A program made the translations under genes and the position numbers. From an uncultured Chloroflexia bacterium (GTDB lineage Bacteria > Chloroflexota > Dehalococcoidia > DSTF01 > JACRBR01), in the NCBI GenBank assembly GCA_963743185.1, contig CAVUOT010000009.1, positions 72,421 through 136,420 of the forward strand: 64,000 bases of DNA, read 5' to 3'. The notes beneath the pieces are model-generated. The model did no database searches and was not told the origin of the DNA. It worked only from the letters and a program-made list of their open reading frames with translations. Below are positions 21,160-30,974 of this stretch, piece after piece (positions within the stretch are counted from its first letter, which is position 1; each line of letters starts with the position of its first letter).

Positions 21160-22618
21160 TCACGTCGCCTTGCGGAGATGCAGGATCGATGTCCAGGCGT
21201 GCACACCATCGGCTCGCTCCTCGATGACCAGGCGAGCGCCGTTCATGGCCGGATGCGCCAGGCGGTAGCGGCCAACCTCGCCGTCCGGATAGGCGAAGCC
21301 GGGTTCGTAGCCGGTGCCGTCGAGCGCGAGCACACCGTCAGCGACGTGCGAGAGCCGCGGGCGAGCCAGAATGCCCATCGCGAGGCTGACCACGCCCGGC
21401 GGCGCCATGTCGACCATCTTGTAGCGGCCGGTCACGCGGGCGGTGAGCGTCCTCCACGGACGCTCCAGCGACGCGGGGATGCCGGACGGCGCGCCCGGGA
21501 TGGGCTCGGGCGCATCGCCGTGCATCACTTCGAAGCAGCGCTCGTAGACGCGGCCGACGAAGCCGGCGTCGCCGCCGTTCGTCAGTACGACGACGCCCAG
21601 GCCATCATCAGGCTGCAGCGCGATGTGCGTAGCGACGCCGGGCAGTCCGCCGCTGTGACCGGCGATGCGGCGCCCGCGGAGCACTCCGGCTTCAAACCCG
21701 AGCCCCCAGCCGCGGTCGAGGTCGGGGTGGTTGCGGACGTGCAGGCGCGTCGCGTCAGCGAGCGTGCTCTCGCTCAGGAGGCGCACGCCGTCCAGCTCGC
21801 CGCCGCGCAGCACCATGCGTCCGAACTGCGCGAGTTCGCGCGCGCTCGTGAGAAGCGCTCCCGCCGGACCTGTGAGGTTCCTGACGGGCGGCGCAGGCTT
21901 GCGGCCGGCGCCTCCGGCTATCGAAGCCGCCGTACGCGGTCGCGACGCCCGGGCCGGACGCCCCGACGGGAAACGAGGAGCGCGTCATGCCGAGCGGGGC
22001 GAGCACGCGCTCGCGCACGATGTCGGGGAACGGGCGCCGGCTCCGCGTCGCGACGAGATGGCCGAGCAGCGCGAAGCCGCCGTTCGAGTAGACGATACGC
22101 TCGCCCGCCGGACGGACCGTCCGCTGGCCGGCGACGACGTCAGCGAGCGTTTGCGGCAGCCTCATGCCGTTGCTCGCGTGCCGCATCAAGAGGTTGCCGT
22201 ACTCCAAACCCTTCCACGACACCGGAAGACCGGACGTGTGCGTCAGGATGTGGCGGACCGTGACATCGGTCGGCACACCGTTGGCGTCGCGGATCTGCGT
22301 GGCCGGATCGAGGTAACGGTTCACCCAATCGTCCAGCGTCAGCCGGCCCGCCTCGATCTCCTGGAATACGAGTGTCGTCGTGAACAGCTTGGAGATCGAC
22401 GCAGCGCGAAAGAGCGTGTCCGGCGTGACGCACTCGCCGCGCGCGAGGTCGGCGTGGCCGAAGCCGCCGGCGTACAGCACGCGATCGCGATCGAAGACCG
22501 CCACCGCGACGCCGGCCACATCCGCGCGGCGGCGTTCGATTTCGATGTACGCCGCGAGTTCGGCGGGCACGGCATCGATGCTCGTACCGGAAGTGAATGT
22601 GACCACGGTTGCCGGCCT
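21160..22618 (-). CDS. serine hydrolase of the beta-lactamase/transpeptidase-like family, apparent frameshift near 21860-21950
   Basis: N-terminal part has the SxxK motif (RAASISKLFTTTLV), YSN, and HTSGLP. The C-terminal part (GPAGALLTSARELAQFGRMVLRGGELDGVRLL...) is in the frame of ORF 21160..21816. The GTG start at 22618 lies 9 nt after GGAGG. Confidence 0.75.
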
Positions 22619-22779
22619 CCTGATCGATGATGTGCCCGGTCTCACGGACGAGGCTGCGGAGCAGTATGCGCGGCTGTGGGTTCACGTCTCCAGAGGCACG
22701 CCACTGCGCTTTTCGCAGCCGCACCTGTCGGCGGATGCGCTACGCGGCGTGCGGCTCATTCGCTACCATGGGGCGGCGT

Positions 22780-22853
22780 TGCCGGATCGTTCAATGGTAG
22801 GACAGCGGCCTTTGAAGCCGTGAATCTAGGTTCGAATCCTAGTCCGGCAGCCA
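22780..22853 (+). tRNA. tRNA-Gln (anticodon UUG)
   Basis: TGCCGGA-TC-GTTC-AATGGTA-GGAC-A-GCGGC-CTTTGAA-GCCGT-GAAT-CTAGG-TTCGAAT-CCTAG-TCCGGCA-G-CCA folds as a cloverleaf with 7-bp acceptor, D, anticodon (cuUUGaa) and T-psi-C (GGTTCGAATCC) arms. The CCA end is encoded. Confidence 0.85.
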
Positions 22854-22897
22854 CGCCTCGCTTGCTCCGCCTCATCGCCGGCCCGTAGCATCGGCGG

Positions 22898-23786
22898 GTG
22901 GACATCGTTGAGCTTTCGCGCGGGCGCACGCGCGCGGTCGTCCTCCCGGAGGCCGGCGGGCGCCTGCACCAGCTGTCGATCCGCGATGGCCGGCGGTGGC
23001 TGCCGCTGCTCAGCGGTCCTGCTTCACCGCGCAAGCATCTCGATGATCCGATCGGCTGGCGGTTCATACCCGATGGCGCCGTGGCCGGGACGCATCGACG
23101 GCGGCCGCTTCCTCTGGGCCGGACGCCTCTACCACGTGCCCGTCAACGACGGCGCGCACTCGCTGCACGGGCGCGGCGTGTATCTCCCGTGGACGTTGGA
23201 GTCGCGCACGCGCAGCACGTGCCGGTTGTCCGTGGCCTTCGATGCCGGCTGGCCGTTCCGGGGCCGCGCCGTGCAGGAGATCGCCGTCCTCGACGACGGC
23301 ATCCGTCAGCGCCTCGAGGTGCACGCGGAGCGAGGCAGCCGGTTCCCCGCCGGCCTCGGCTGGCACCCGTGGTTCCGTCGCGACGTGCGTCCGAACCACG
23401 ACGTGCGGGTGCTCGTCGATGCGGATCGCGTCTACGAAACGGCAGACATGATCCCGACAGGCTGGCTGCCGCGCGCTAGCGGCGACCTCGATCTCCGAGG
23501 CTATCCCGCCCTCGCCCGCCGGCGTCTCGACACCTGCTACCGGCACCCGCGCGGCCCGCTGCGCATCCGCTGGGGCGACGTCGAGCTGACGATGCGGAGC
23601 ACGCCGAACGTCACCCACGCCGTCGTCTACACGCCGAAGCACGCGGTGTGCATCGAGCCGCAGACGTGCGCACCGGACGCGTTCAACCTCGCGGCTCAGG
23701 GCGTCGAGGGCGCCGGGATGGCCGTGGTCGACGGGCGGCACCCGCTCGTCGCCGGCACGACGTGGCGGTGGACGATCGGCGGTTGA
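22898..23786 (+). CDS. aldose 1-epimerase (galactose mutarotase-like) family protein, apparent frameshift near 23050-23060
   Basis: The N-terminus (MDIVELSRGRTRAVVLPEAGGRLHQLSI) is in frame 2. The remainder (GSYPMAPWPGRIDGGRFLWAGRLYHVPVNDGAHSLHG...HPWF...YTPKHAVCIEPQT) is in the frame of ORF 22908. Confidence 0.7.
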
Positions 23787-23870
23787 TGCTGTGACGTCCG
23801 GCAGTCGCCCTCAGCCTGGCGCGGCGTTAGGATGGTCTGCTCGACCGGCGTCGCAGAACGGAGCCTGACT

Positions 23871-24524
23871 ATGGAGCTGTACCTCGTCCGCCACGGTGAA
23901 TCGGACATCCCGCCCGACACGTTCCAGAACGACTTCCCGCTCTCGGCGCTCGGGCGCAGGCAGGCCGCCGAGATGGCGAAACGCTTTCGGGAGGTGCGCG
24001 TCGACCACCTGATGACGACGCCCTACCTGCGAACATCCGAGACCGCCGAGGCGATCGCGCGCGTCGCCGGCGTCAGCGCGATCGAGGAGCCGGGGCTCGG
24101 CTCGTTTCGGGCCGGCGGCTTTCACGACGTGCCCGTGTCGAAGGCGCGCGACGCATACCCGGAGTGGTTCGAGAAGACGTATCCGTTGCAGAGCTACGAG
24201 CTGGCCGGCGGCGAGAGCGCGGCGGCGTTCTTCGAGCGCGTGACGGAGGCGTTCGTCGAGAAGGTGTGGGAGCGCTACGCCGAGACGCGTGACCTCAACG
24301 TCGTGGTCGTCTGCCACGAGGAGACGATCAACGCGTTGCTGCACCACTTCCTCGGACTGACGTTCTACGGCTTCCAGACGTTCAAGCTCGACCACACGTC
24401 GATCACGCGCGTCAACAGCCGCCAGCATCGCCCGCGCATCACGGCGGTGAACGACATCGCGCACCTGATCATGGCGGGGCTGCCGACCGGCGCATCGGGC
24501 ACGGGCCGCGCGGCGGCAGGCTGA
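23871..24524 (+). CDS. histidine phosphatase (phosphoglycerate mutase) family protein
   Basis: MELYLVRHGESD has the RHG catalytic motif; C-terminal region VVCHEETINALL. Confidence 0.8.
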   Translation: MELYLVRHGESDIPPDTFQNDFPLSALGRRQAAEMAKRFREVRVDHLMTTPYLRTSETAEAIARVAGVSAIEEPGLGSFRAGGFHDVPVSKARDAYPEWFEKTYPLQSYELAGGESAAAFFERVTEAFVEKVWERYAETRDLNVVVVCHEETINALLHHFLGLTFYGFQTFKLDHTSITRVNSRQHRPRITAVNDIAHLIMAGLPTGASGTGRAAAG

Positions 24525-24652
24525 GCAACAGATCTGGAACGCCGCCGCCGATACATACAGGAGACGAGCCTCGGCCGCGTGGCCGGGGGAGCAGACGACC
24601 TCGCCGTGTGGCGGGGTCGTTTCGTTTCCAAACGAGAGCCGGAACGCAAAGC

Positions 24653-25055
24653 CTAGAACACGCCCTGCTTCTCCAGCCACTTCCAGAAGGCTTCGGGCGC
24701 CGACATTGTGCTGAGCCGGCCCTGCCGCACGAGCAGCCAGTCGTCGAACTTGTGCGACTCCTTGATCTCCTTCAGCGTTACCTGCTTCTTCGCGTGCCTG
24801 ACGTACTTGAAGTCGGCGACCCAGCTCCTGGCTTCGTTCGGGTCGGGCCTCGGCTCCGACACGACCTTCGCGAGACCCGACGACGGCGGCCTGCCCCTGC
24901 GAGTGGTAGATGATCACGGTATCACCGGGCTTCATCGTCTTGATCGCGTTGACGGCGGTGGGGTTGCGCACGCCGTCCCACTCCGTCGTGCCGTCGCGCT
25001 TGAGGTCGTCGATCGAGTAGGTCTCCGGGTCGGTCTTCGCAAGAAAGTACGCCAT
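24653..25055 (-). CDS. EVE (PUA-like) domain protein, apparent frameshift near 24870-24895
   Basis: The N-terminus (MAYFLAKTDPETYSIDDLKRDGTTEWDGVRNPTAVNAIKTMKPGDTVIIYHSQ) is in the frame of ORF 23811..25055. The C-terminus (EPRPDPNEARSWVADFKYVRHAKKQVTLKEIKESHKFDDWLLVRQGRLSTMSAPEAFWKWLEKQGVF*) is ORF 24653..24862. Confidence 0.75.
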
Positions 25056-25132
25056 GGGAACGCTCCTTCGTCGCCTGTGCAGCCTCGTTCATGCGGGACA
25101 GGGTAGCGCACGCGCCATGACGCGCGAACACC

Positions 25133-26000
25133 TTACCCGCGAGCTGCCTCACGGAACCGCCCGATAGCGTCGATGTGGTCGCGCGGCGACGCGAGGCCGG
25201 CGTTCATCGTGTTGAACGAAACATGCGTCGCGCCGAGGTCGCGCCAGCCCTGCAGCGTCGCGTCCCACGCGTCCGCGGGCGTGTTGGACATGCTGATACG
25301 CCCCTCGATGCCGACATCGCCGGCGCTGCGTCCGGCGTCGCGGATGTAGCCGCGCAGCAGCTCGACGGTTTCGGCCGCGCGTGGACCCGGTTGGAACTGC
25401 GGGAACCAGCCGTCGGCGATCCTTGCGATGCGCCGCAGCACGGCATCGGCGCCTCCGCCCATCCATACCGGGATCGGGCGCTGCACCGGCAGCGGACAGA
25501 TGCCTGCCTGGCTGCACGTTGTCGTAGCGGCCGTCGAAGTCCACCAGCTCCTCCGTCCACAGCCGCCGCATCAGCGCGATCTGCTCTTCGACGCGCCGGC
25601 CGCGGTTGTGGAAGTTCTCGCCCAGCGCCTCGTACTCGACGTGGTTCCAGCCGATGCCGACACCGAGCCGCATCCGGCCGCCCGAGAGCACATCGACCGC
25701 GGCGGCCTGCTTGGCGACGAGCGCGGTCTGCCGCTGCGGCAGGATGACGATGCCCGTCGTCAGCTCGAGCTTCGTGGTCACCGCCGCCAGGTAGCCGAAC
25801 AGCACGAAGGGCTCGTGGAACGGCGTCCGGTAATCGTACGGCGGTCGGAACTTCTCGAACCGGTCGGGATGCGCGCCGAGCACATGGTCGAAGACGAGCA
25901 CGTGGTCATAGCCGAGCTGCTCTGCCGCCTGCGCGTAGTCGCGGATGACGATCGGATCGTTCCCGATCTCCGACTGCGGGAACACAACGCCAAGTTTCAC
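25133..26000 (-). CDS. LLM-class F420-dependent oxidoreductase (luciferase-like), apparent frameshift near 25490
   Basis: The N-terminus (MKLGVVFPQSEIGNDPIVIRDYAQAAEQLGYDHVLVFDHVLG...MRLGVGIGWN) and the C-terminus (QRPIPVWMGGGADAVLRRIARIADGWFP..., ORF 25133..25486) are in different frames. Confidence 0.75.
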
Positions 26001-26159
26001 ACGAGCCTCCGATCATTCACCAACGCGACGCCGTCGAGAACGGCTACCCCACGTTTCACGCACCGCGCTCCAGCCAACCGTCTCGCTTGGGAACCAGCAA
26101 CGGAACGGAATCACTATACTAGAGGTCTCGACGATGACTGGCAGCAGAGAGGTGATCTG

Positions 26160-26504
26160 ATGAGCGGCGACTGCCTGTTCTGTAGCATGGCGTCCGGCGC
26201 GATGGACGTGCCGAAGTTGCACGACGACGAGCTGGTGTTCGCGATCCGCGACATCAATCCGCGCGCGCCCGTGCATATCCTCGTGATCCCGAAGAAGCAC
26301 GTCGCGGACGCGCGCCAGATCGGCGACGTGCCTCCCGCGGCGATGGCGCGCATGTTCGCGGTGGCCCGGGAGCTGGCCGAAGCGGACGGGCTGGGAGCGC
26401 GCGGCTACCGGCTGGCGTTCAACGTCGGCGAGGACGCTGGAATGACCATCCCGCATCTGCACATGCATCTGGTCGGAGGACGGCACCTCGGGGCGGAGGG
26501 GTAG
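26160..26504 (+). CDS. HIT-family protein (histidine triad nucleotide hydrolase)
   Basis: CLFCSM...HILVIPKKH...IPHLHMHLVGG shows the HxHxHxx motif. Confidence 0.85.
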   Translation: MSGDCLFCSMASGAMDVPKLHDDELVFAIRDINPRAPVHILVIPKKHVADARQIGDVPPAAMARMFAVARELAEADGLGARGYRLAFNVGEDAGMTIPHLHMHLVGGRHLGAEG

Positions 26505-26521
26505 CCGCTGGCGGCGCTGAG

Positions 26522-27196
26522 TCAGGACTTCGCTTGATCGGCGGCCGTGCGAAGGGCGCGGAGGTTCGCCTCGGGCGAGGCGTCGGCGTTGTAGACGGAC
26601 GAGCCGCAGACAAGGACGTTGGCGCCCGCCGCGACGCACTGCGTGACATTGTTGGCTTTGACGCCACCGTCGACCTCGATGTCGGGCTTGAGGCCGCGGG
26701 CGTCGAGGATTGATTTCAGGCTGCGGACCTTGTCGAGCATGGACGGCAGCATCTTCTGGCCACCCCAGCCGGGGTTGATGAGCATCACGATCACCTGATC
26801 GGCCACGTCGAGCACCTCTTCGATGGCGCTGAGCGGCGTTCCGGGGTTGAGGCAGACGCCGGCGCGCTTGTTCTTCGCGCGGATGCCGCGGAGCAGGCGG
26901 TCGACGTGCGGCGCCGCTTCGACGTGGAAGTTGATGGTGTCGCCGCCGGCCTCGATGAACGCTTCAAACTGGCGCTCCGGGTGCTCGATCATCAGGTGGA
27001 TGTCGAGCGGGAGCTTCGTCGCGCGGCGGACGGCGTCCACGACCAGCGGACCGAACGTGATCGGCGGCACGAAGTGGCCGTCCATGACATCGAGGTGGAT
27101 GTAGTCGGCGCCGCCGGCCTCGGCCGCGCGGATCTGGTCGGCGATCTGGCCGAAATCGGCTGTGAGGATCGAGGGGGCGAGCTTCACCGCAACCAC
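26522..27196 (-). CDS. rpe: ribulose-phosphate 3-epimerase
   Basis: KLAPSILTADFGQI...IHLDVMDGHFVP...HLMIEHP...VDGGV, 224 aa. Confidence 0.9.
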   Translation of the reverse strand: MVAVKLAPSILTADFGQIADQIRAAEAGGADYIHLDVMDGHFVPPITFGPLVVDAVRRATKLPLDIHLMIEHPERQFEAFIEAGGDTINFHVEAAPHVDRLLRGIRAKNKRAGVCLNPGTPLSAIEEVLDVADQVIVMLINPGWGGQKMLPSMLDKVRSLKSILDARGLKPDIEVDGGVKANNVTQCVAAGANVLVCGSSVYNADASPEANLRALRTAADQAKS

Positions 27197-27214
27197 GCCG
27201 GGCTTCCTTTCGTC

Positions 27215-28714
27215 TCACGCATCGCCGGCAGGTTGCTCCGCCATGTCGGCTTCGGCCTCCGCGATCATCGCATCGATGCGAACGCGCGCCGCCCGCAGCG
27301 CTTCCTTCACGCGCACCGGCGCCGTACCGCCGGGAACGTCGCGCGCGCTGACCGATGACATGGCGTCGATCTTGAGTGCGTCCGCGGCGAAGAGCGGCGA
27401 GAACTTGCGCAGCTCCGCGAGCGACAGCTCGCCGAGGGCGGCGCCCTTCTCCTCCGCGTGGCGGACCAGCTTGCCGACGGCCTCGTGCGCCTGGCGGAAC
27501 GGCAGGCCTTTGCGGACGAGATAGTCGGCGAAATCGGTGGCGAGCGAGTAGTTCTCGACGGCGGCGGCGGCCGTGCGCTCGCCGTTCACCGTGATCAGCG
27601 GGAGCATCTTGGCGATCACTTCCAGCGTGGGGAGCAGCGTCGCCTCGGCGTCGAGCAGCGCCGGCTTGTCCTCCTGCATGTCGCGGTTGTAGGCGAGCGG
27701 CAGACCCTTGAGCGTGACGAGCATGCTGACGAGCGCGCCGATGGCGCGGCCGGTGCGGCCGCGCGCCAGCTCGGCCACGTCCGGGTTCTTCTTCTGCGGC
27801 ATGATGCTCGAGCCGGTGGCGAACGCGTCGGGCAGCGTGATGAAGCCGAACTCGGCGCTCGACCAGAGCACCAGCTCCTCGGCCAGACGCGAGACGTGGA
27901 CCATCGTCAGCGCGGCGGCGCTCAGGAAGTCGACGACGAAGTCGCGGTCGGAGACGGCGTCGATGCTGTTGACGGTGACGCCACGAAAACCCAGCTCTTC
28001 GGCGACCGACTGCCGGTCGATGGGGTACGGCACGCCGGCGAGGGCGCCGCTGCCGAGCGGCGATTCGTCCATCATCGCCATGGCGTTGAGGAAGCGGCGC
28101 AGGTCGCGCTCGAACATCTCGACGTAGGCGAGCATGTGGTGCGCGAAGAGGACCGGCTGCGCGCGCTGGAGGTGCGTGTAGCCGGGCATGATGACGTCGA
28201 CGTTCCGCTCGGCGAGGTCGACGAGCGACGACTGCAGCGCGACGAGATGCACGGCGGCGCGTCGCGTCGATTCGAGCACGTACAGGCGGAAGTCGGTCGC
28301 GACCTGGTCGTTGCGCGAGCGGGCGGTGTGGAGCTTGCCGGCGACAGGGCCGATCTTCTCGGCGAGGCGCGTCTCGACGTTCATGTGGACGTCTTCGAAC
28401 TCCGGCCGCAACACGAACTCGCCGCGCTGGTACTCCTCGAAGATCTGGTTGAGGCCGCTCTCGATCTTCTTCGCTTCGGCGCCGGTGATGATGCTCTGCC
28501 GCGCGAGCATGCGCACGTGGGCGATCGACGCCTCGATGTCCTCGGCGAGGAACATCACGTCGGTGTGCACGGACGACGTGTAGGCTTCGACGAGCTTGTC
28601 GGTCGCCTCGTCGAACCGCCCCGACCACGGCTTCGGCGCGGACGCGGCGGCGGCATCTGCGGCGCCGTCGCCGGCTCTTGCGAGCACCGGCGTCGCTCCG
28701 CGGCGGACGTACAC
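27215..28714 (-). CDS. argH: argininosuccinate lyase (true start probably 40-50 codons downstream of the ORF-track start)
   Basis: KPWSGRFDEATD...TARSRNDQVATD...GYTHLQRAQP...SIMPQKKNP shows the fumarate-lyase signature. Confidence 0.9.
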   Translation of the reverse strand: MYVRRGATPVLARAGDGAADAAAASAPKPWSGRFDEATDKLVEAYTSSVHTDVMFLAEDIEASIAHVRMLARQSIITGAEAKKIESGLNQIFEEYQRGEFVLRPEFEDVHMNVETRLAEKIGPVAGKLHTARSRNDQVATDFRLYVLESTRRAAVHLVALQSSLVDLAERNVDVIMPGYTHLQRAQPVLFAHHMLAYVEMFERDLRRFLNAMAMMDESPLGSGALAGVPYPIDRQSVAEELGFRGVTVNSIDAVSDRDFVVDFLSAAALTMVHVSRLAEELVLWSSAEFGFITLPDAFATGSSIMPQKKNPDVAELARGRTGRAIGALVSMLVTLKGLPLAYNRDMQEDKPALLDAEATLLPTLEVIAKMLPLITVNGERTAAAAVENYSLATDFADYLVRKGLPFRQAHEAVGKLVRHAEEKGAALGELSLAELRKFSPLFAADALKIDAMSSVSARDVPGGTAPVRVKEALRAARVRIDAMIAEAEADMAEQPAGDA

Positions 28715-28835
28715 GTTTAGCCACTAGCCCTCCTCGGATCGCAGCCGCGCGCCGCTCGGCGGACGGTCGAACAGCACGATGATATCAGGCTGCCCACGAA
28801 GGACGTAGGCGGCGGCGGTCTTCTCGGCGAGCAGG

Positions 28836-29135
28836 CTAGTCGGCTACAGGCATCTCCGGCAGTTCACACAGCAGCGCGTCAACGTACCGCTTTACTGTCG
28901 TGAGCGCGTTCGTGCCGGACGAGAGCGCGGACTTGAGACGCAGCCGATCGGCTGACCGTCGCGCAAGAGAATCCGTCGGTTCGTCGACCAGAAGGGACGC
29001 CGCGTTCGCTCGAGCGGTCTCGATGGTCTTCCGGTGGGCGTACCTCTGTATCAATATGAACTTCGCCGTTCGCGCAGTCGTGGGCCTATTCGGTAGATCG
29101 ATCGAGGGGCGTAGGGTGCTGCATGTCAAGTACAT
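28836..29135 (-). CDS. hypothetical small protein in a locally lower-GC patch
   Basis: 99-aa ORF with no recognisable motif; local GC is near 58% against a 68-70% background. Confidence 0.25.
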   Translation of the reverse strand: MYLTCSTLRPSIDLPNRPTTARTAKFILIQRYAHRKTIETARANAASLLVDEPTDSLARRSADRLRLKSALSSGTNALTTVKRYVDALLCELPEMPVAD

Positions 29136-29205
29136 TAGTTCGGAAGAGGCAGGTCACTCTCGCACGCGATGAGGATTTGATGGATCCGTAGGCGTGCGGC
29201 GCCGG

Positions 29206-29928
29206 TCAACCTCTGGCGGACGGACAGCCGGGCACGGCTATCCGATACGCCTCGCGTCTCGGCTCGGGCGTCCTGCGAGCTGCGAGACGTTGTTGCAGCC
29301 GGACGTCCACGAGTCGGCGGACTCCAGCTCTCTCTGAGCCGCTCGAAGAAGTGCTGCGCTGAACTTTGTGTAAAACCGATTGTGGCGATCTCCAACCGAC
29401 CGTGCCTCCGAACAAGTCCTGCTGCACAGGGATCGCATCATCGGGCAGGCAGCTGCCGTCTGACCTGATGTGGATGATGCGCGAGCGCGCCCAGCCGCGG
29501 CCTTCGAGCACGCGCGCGATAAGGAGGTGGCGGTGGCAATCGGCGGGATTCTCCTCCGAGCAGAGGGCGGCGACACGGCGGCGCATCGCGGCGTGTTCGA
29601 GCTTGGCGATGCCGTCTTGGAAGGTCTCGCTGGCGCTCCACAGGTCGTAGCGAACGTAGCCCTCTTCGTCGTAGAACTCGGTGCCGGCGGGGCGGCCGCC
29701 GAGCTGGTCGCCCATGAACGCGTACTTGATGCCGGCTTCCTGCAGGCGCCAGAGCAGCTCGCCGCGGTTGAAGTGGGGCGTGTACTTCGAGACGGGCTGC
29801 GATCGCACATCGGCGAGCGCTTCGATGCCGTACGCCTGGAGATCTGCGAGGAGGTCTTCGAACGAGATGTTCGAGTGGCCGATGGTGAAGATGTAGTCTT
29901 GCGCGGGATCGAGGTCGCTCGCGTTCAC
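29206..29928 (-). CDS. DUF488-family protein, followed in the same frame by a degraded second DUF488-like copy
   Basis: IFTIGHSNISFEDLLADLQAYGIEALADVRSQPVSKYTPHFNRGELLWRLQEAGIKYAFMGDQLGGRP...CHRHLLIARVLEG is typical DUF488. The tail ERAGVRRLVDVRLQQRLAARRTPEPRRE looks like a second N-terminus. ORF 29135..29395 begins MEIATIGFTQSSAQHFFERLRES, another DUF488 start. Confidence 0.6.
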   Translation of the reverse strand: MNASDLDPAQDYIFTIGHSNISFEDLLADLQAYGIEALADVRSQPVSKYTPHFNRGELLWRLQEAGIKYAFMGDQLGGRPAGTEFYDEEGYVRYDLWSASETFQDGIAKLEHAAMRRRVAALCSEENPADCHRHLLIARVLEGRGWARSRIIHIRSDGSCLPDDAIPVQQDLFGGTVGWRSPQSVLHKVQRSTSSSGSERAGVRRLVDVRLQQRLAARRTPEPRREAYRIAVPGCPSARG

Positions 29929-29959
29929 CAGGCACAACCTTTCGGCTCGTGCACGAAGT

Positions 29960-30805
29960 TTACTGGAAAATCGGCAGCTCCGTGAGTTGCCACAGCGTGT
30001 GGACGGTGTAGTCGGGCGTGACGCCTTCGCCGCCGCCGAAGTCGCCGAGGGCACGGCCGGTCTGGGCGCGGGTGGCCGGCTTGAAGACGTCGCCGTCACC
30101 GTGCGGCCCCTCGCCTACCTGCTCGTCCTCGTGCGGAGGGTCGTGCTTGCGGACGCGGCGCCAGATGCCGGTCATGCCGAGCGCCTGCGACGCCTCGACG
30201 TCGGCCCGGAGGGAGTCGCCGACCATGGCGGTCTCTTCGGGCGCGACCTTCATCTCGTCGAACGCGTACTCGAAGATCTTCGGGTGCGGCTTCATGTAGC
30301 CCATATCGCACGAGACGGCTGTCGACTCGAAGTACTTGTCGAGACCAAGTTCCTGCAGCTCTTCGACGAAGCGCGGACCGCCGAAGACGCGGTTGGTGAC
30401 GCAGCCGATCCGGAAGCCGTGATCGCGGAGCCAGTCGAGCGTCTGGTACGCGTCATCGAACATCGTGCGGCCGAGGGCGAGGCCGCCGATGTTCCACGCG
30501 TCCCAGAGCGCCGCGCCCTGCTCGTACGTGATGTCCAGGCCCATGCCGGCGGCCACGCCGCGGACGACTTCGTTGAAGTCGGGGCTGACGCAGTCGGACT
30601 CGTACGCCGCGCGGTCGGCGCGCTCGACGCCGAGGCGGATGTCGCGGCCGAGGAAGCGGAGATCGCCCTCGAGCGGTACATCCCACGTCCGCAGGAGGCG
30701 GCCGATGCGGCGCATCGTCTCGGTGCGGATCTCCATGGCGGGCGGCAGCTTCGGGAAGTGCCACAGGGTATCGCCGAGGTCGAAGAGTACTGCTTTGATC
30801 GCCAT
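29960..30805 (-). CDS. HAD-superfamily hydrolase
   Basis: MAIKAVLFDLGDTLW (motif I DxD), VTNR (motif II), and VGDSLRADVEAS (motifs III/IV). Confidence 0.85.
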   Translation of the reverse strand: MAIKAVLFDLGDTLWHFPKLPPAMEIRTETMRRIGRLLRTWDVPLEGDLRFLGRDIRLGVERADRAAYESDCVSPDFNEVVRGVAAGMGLDITYEQGAALWDAWNIGGLALGRTMFDDAYQTLDWLRDHGFRIGCVTNRVFGGPRFVEELQELGLDKYFESTAVSCDMGYMKPHPKIFEYAFDEMKVAPEETAMVGDSLRADVEASQALGMTGIWRRVRKHDPPHEDEQVGEGPHGDGDVFKPATRAQTGRALGDFGGGEGVTPDYTVHTLWQLTELPIFQ

Positions 30806-30974
30806 TCGCGCCTCCGGAGACGAGGATAGCGGGCGGGCGGGCGAGACGGAACCGCGCAGATTCGAGGTCGAAGGCGTAGACGGCGGCGTGGCCCGGTGTT
30901 ACATTCGCTCGGTCGGTGACTGCTCCTGCGCGAGTCTTCGCCAGCGGTGACCAGGCAACGAAAGGATCCCGTTC

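Noticed and set aside
22676-22888. ORFs 22676..22888 (+) and 22756..23067 (-) overlapping the tRNA-Gln locus
   Set aside because: The region folds as a canonical 74-nt tRNA; the ORFs are spurious.
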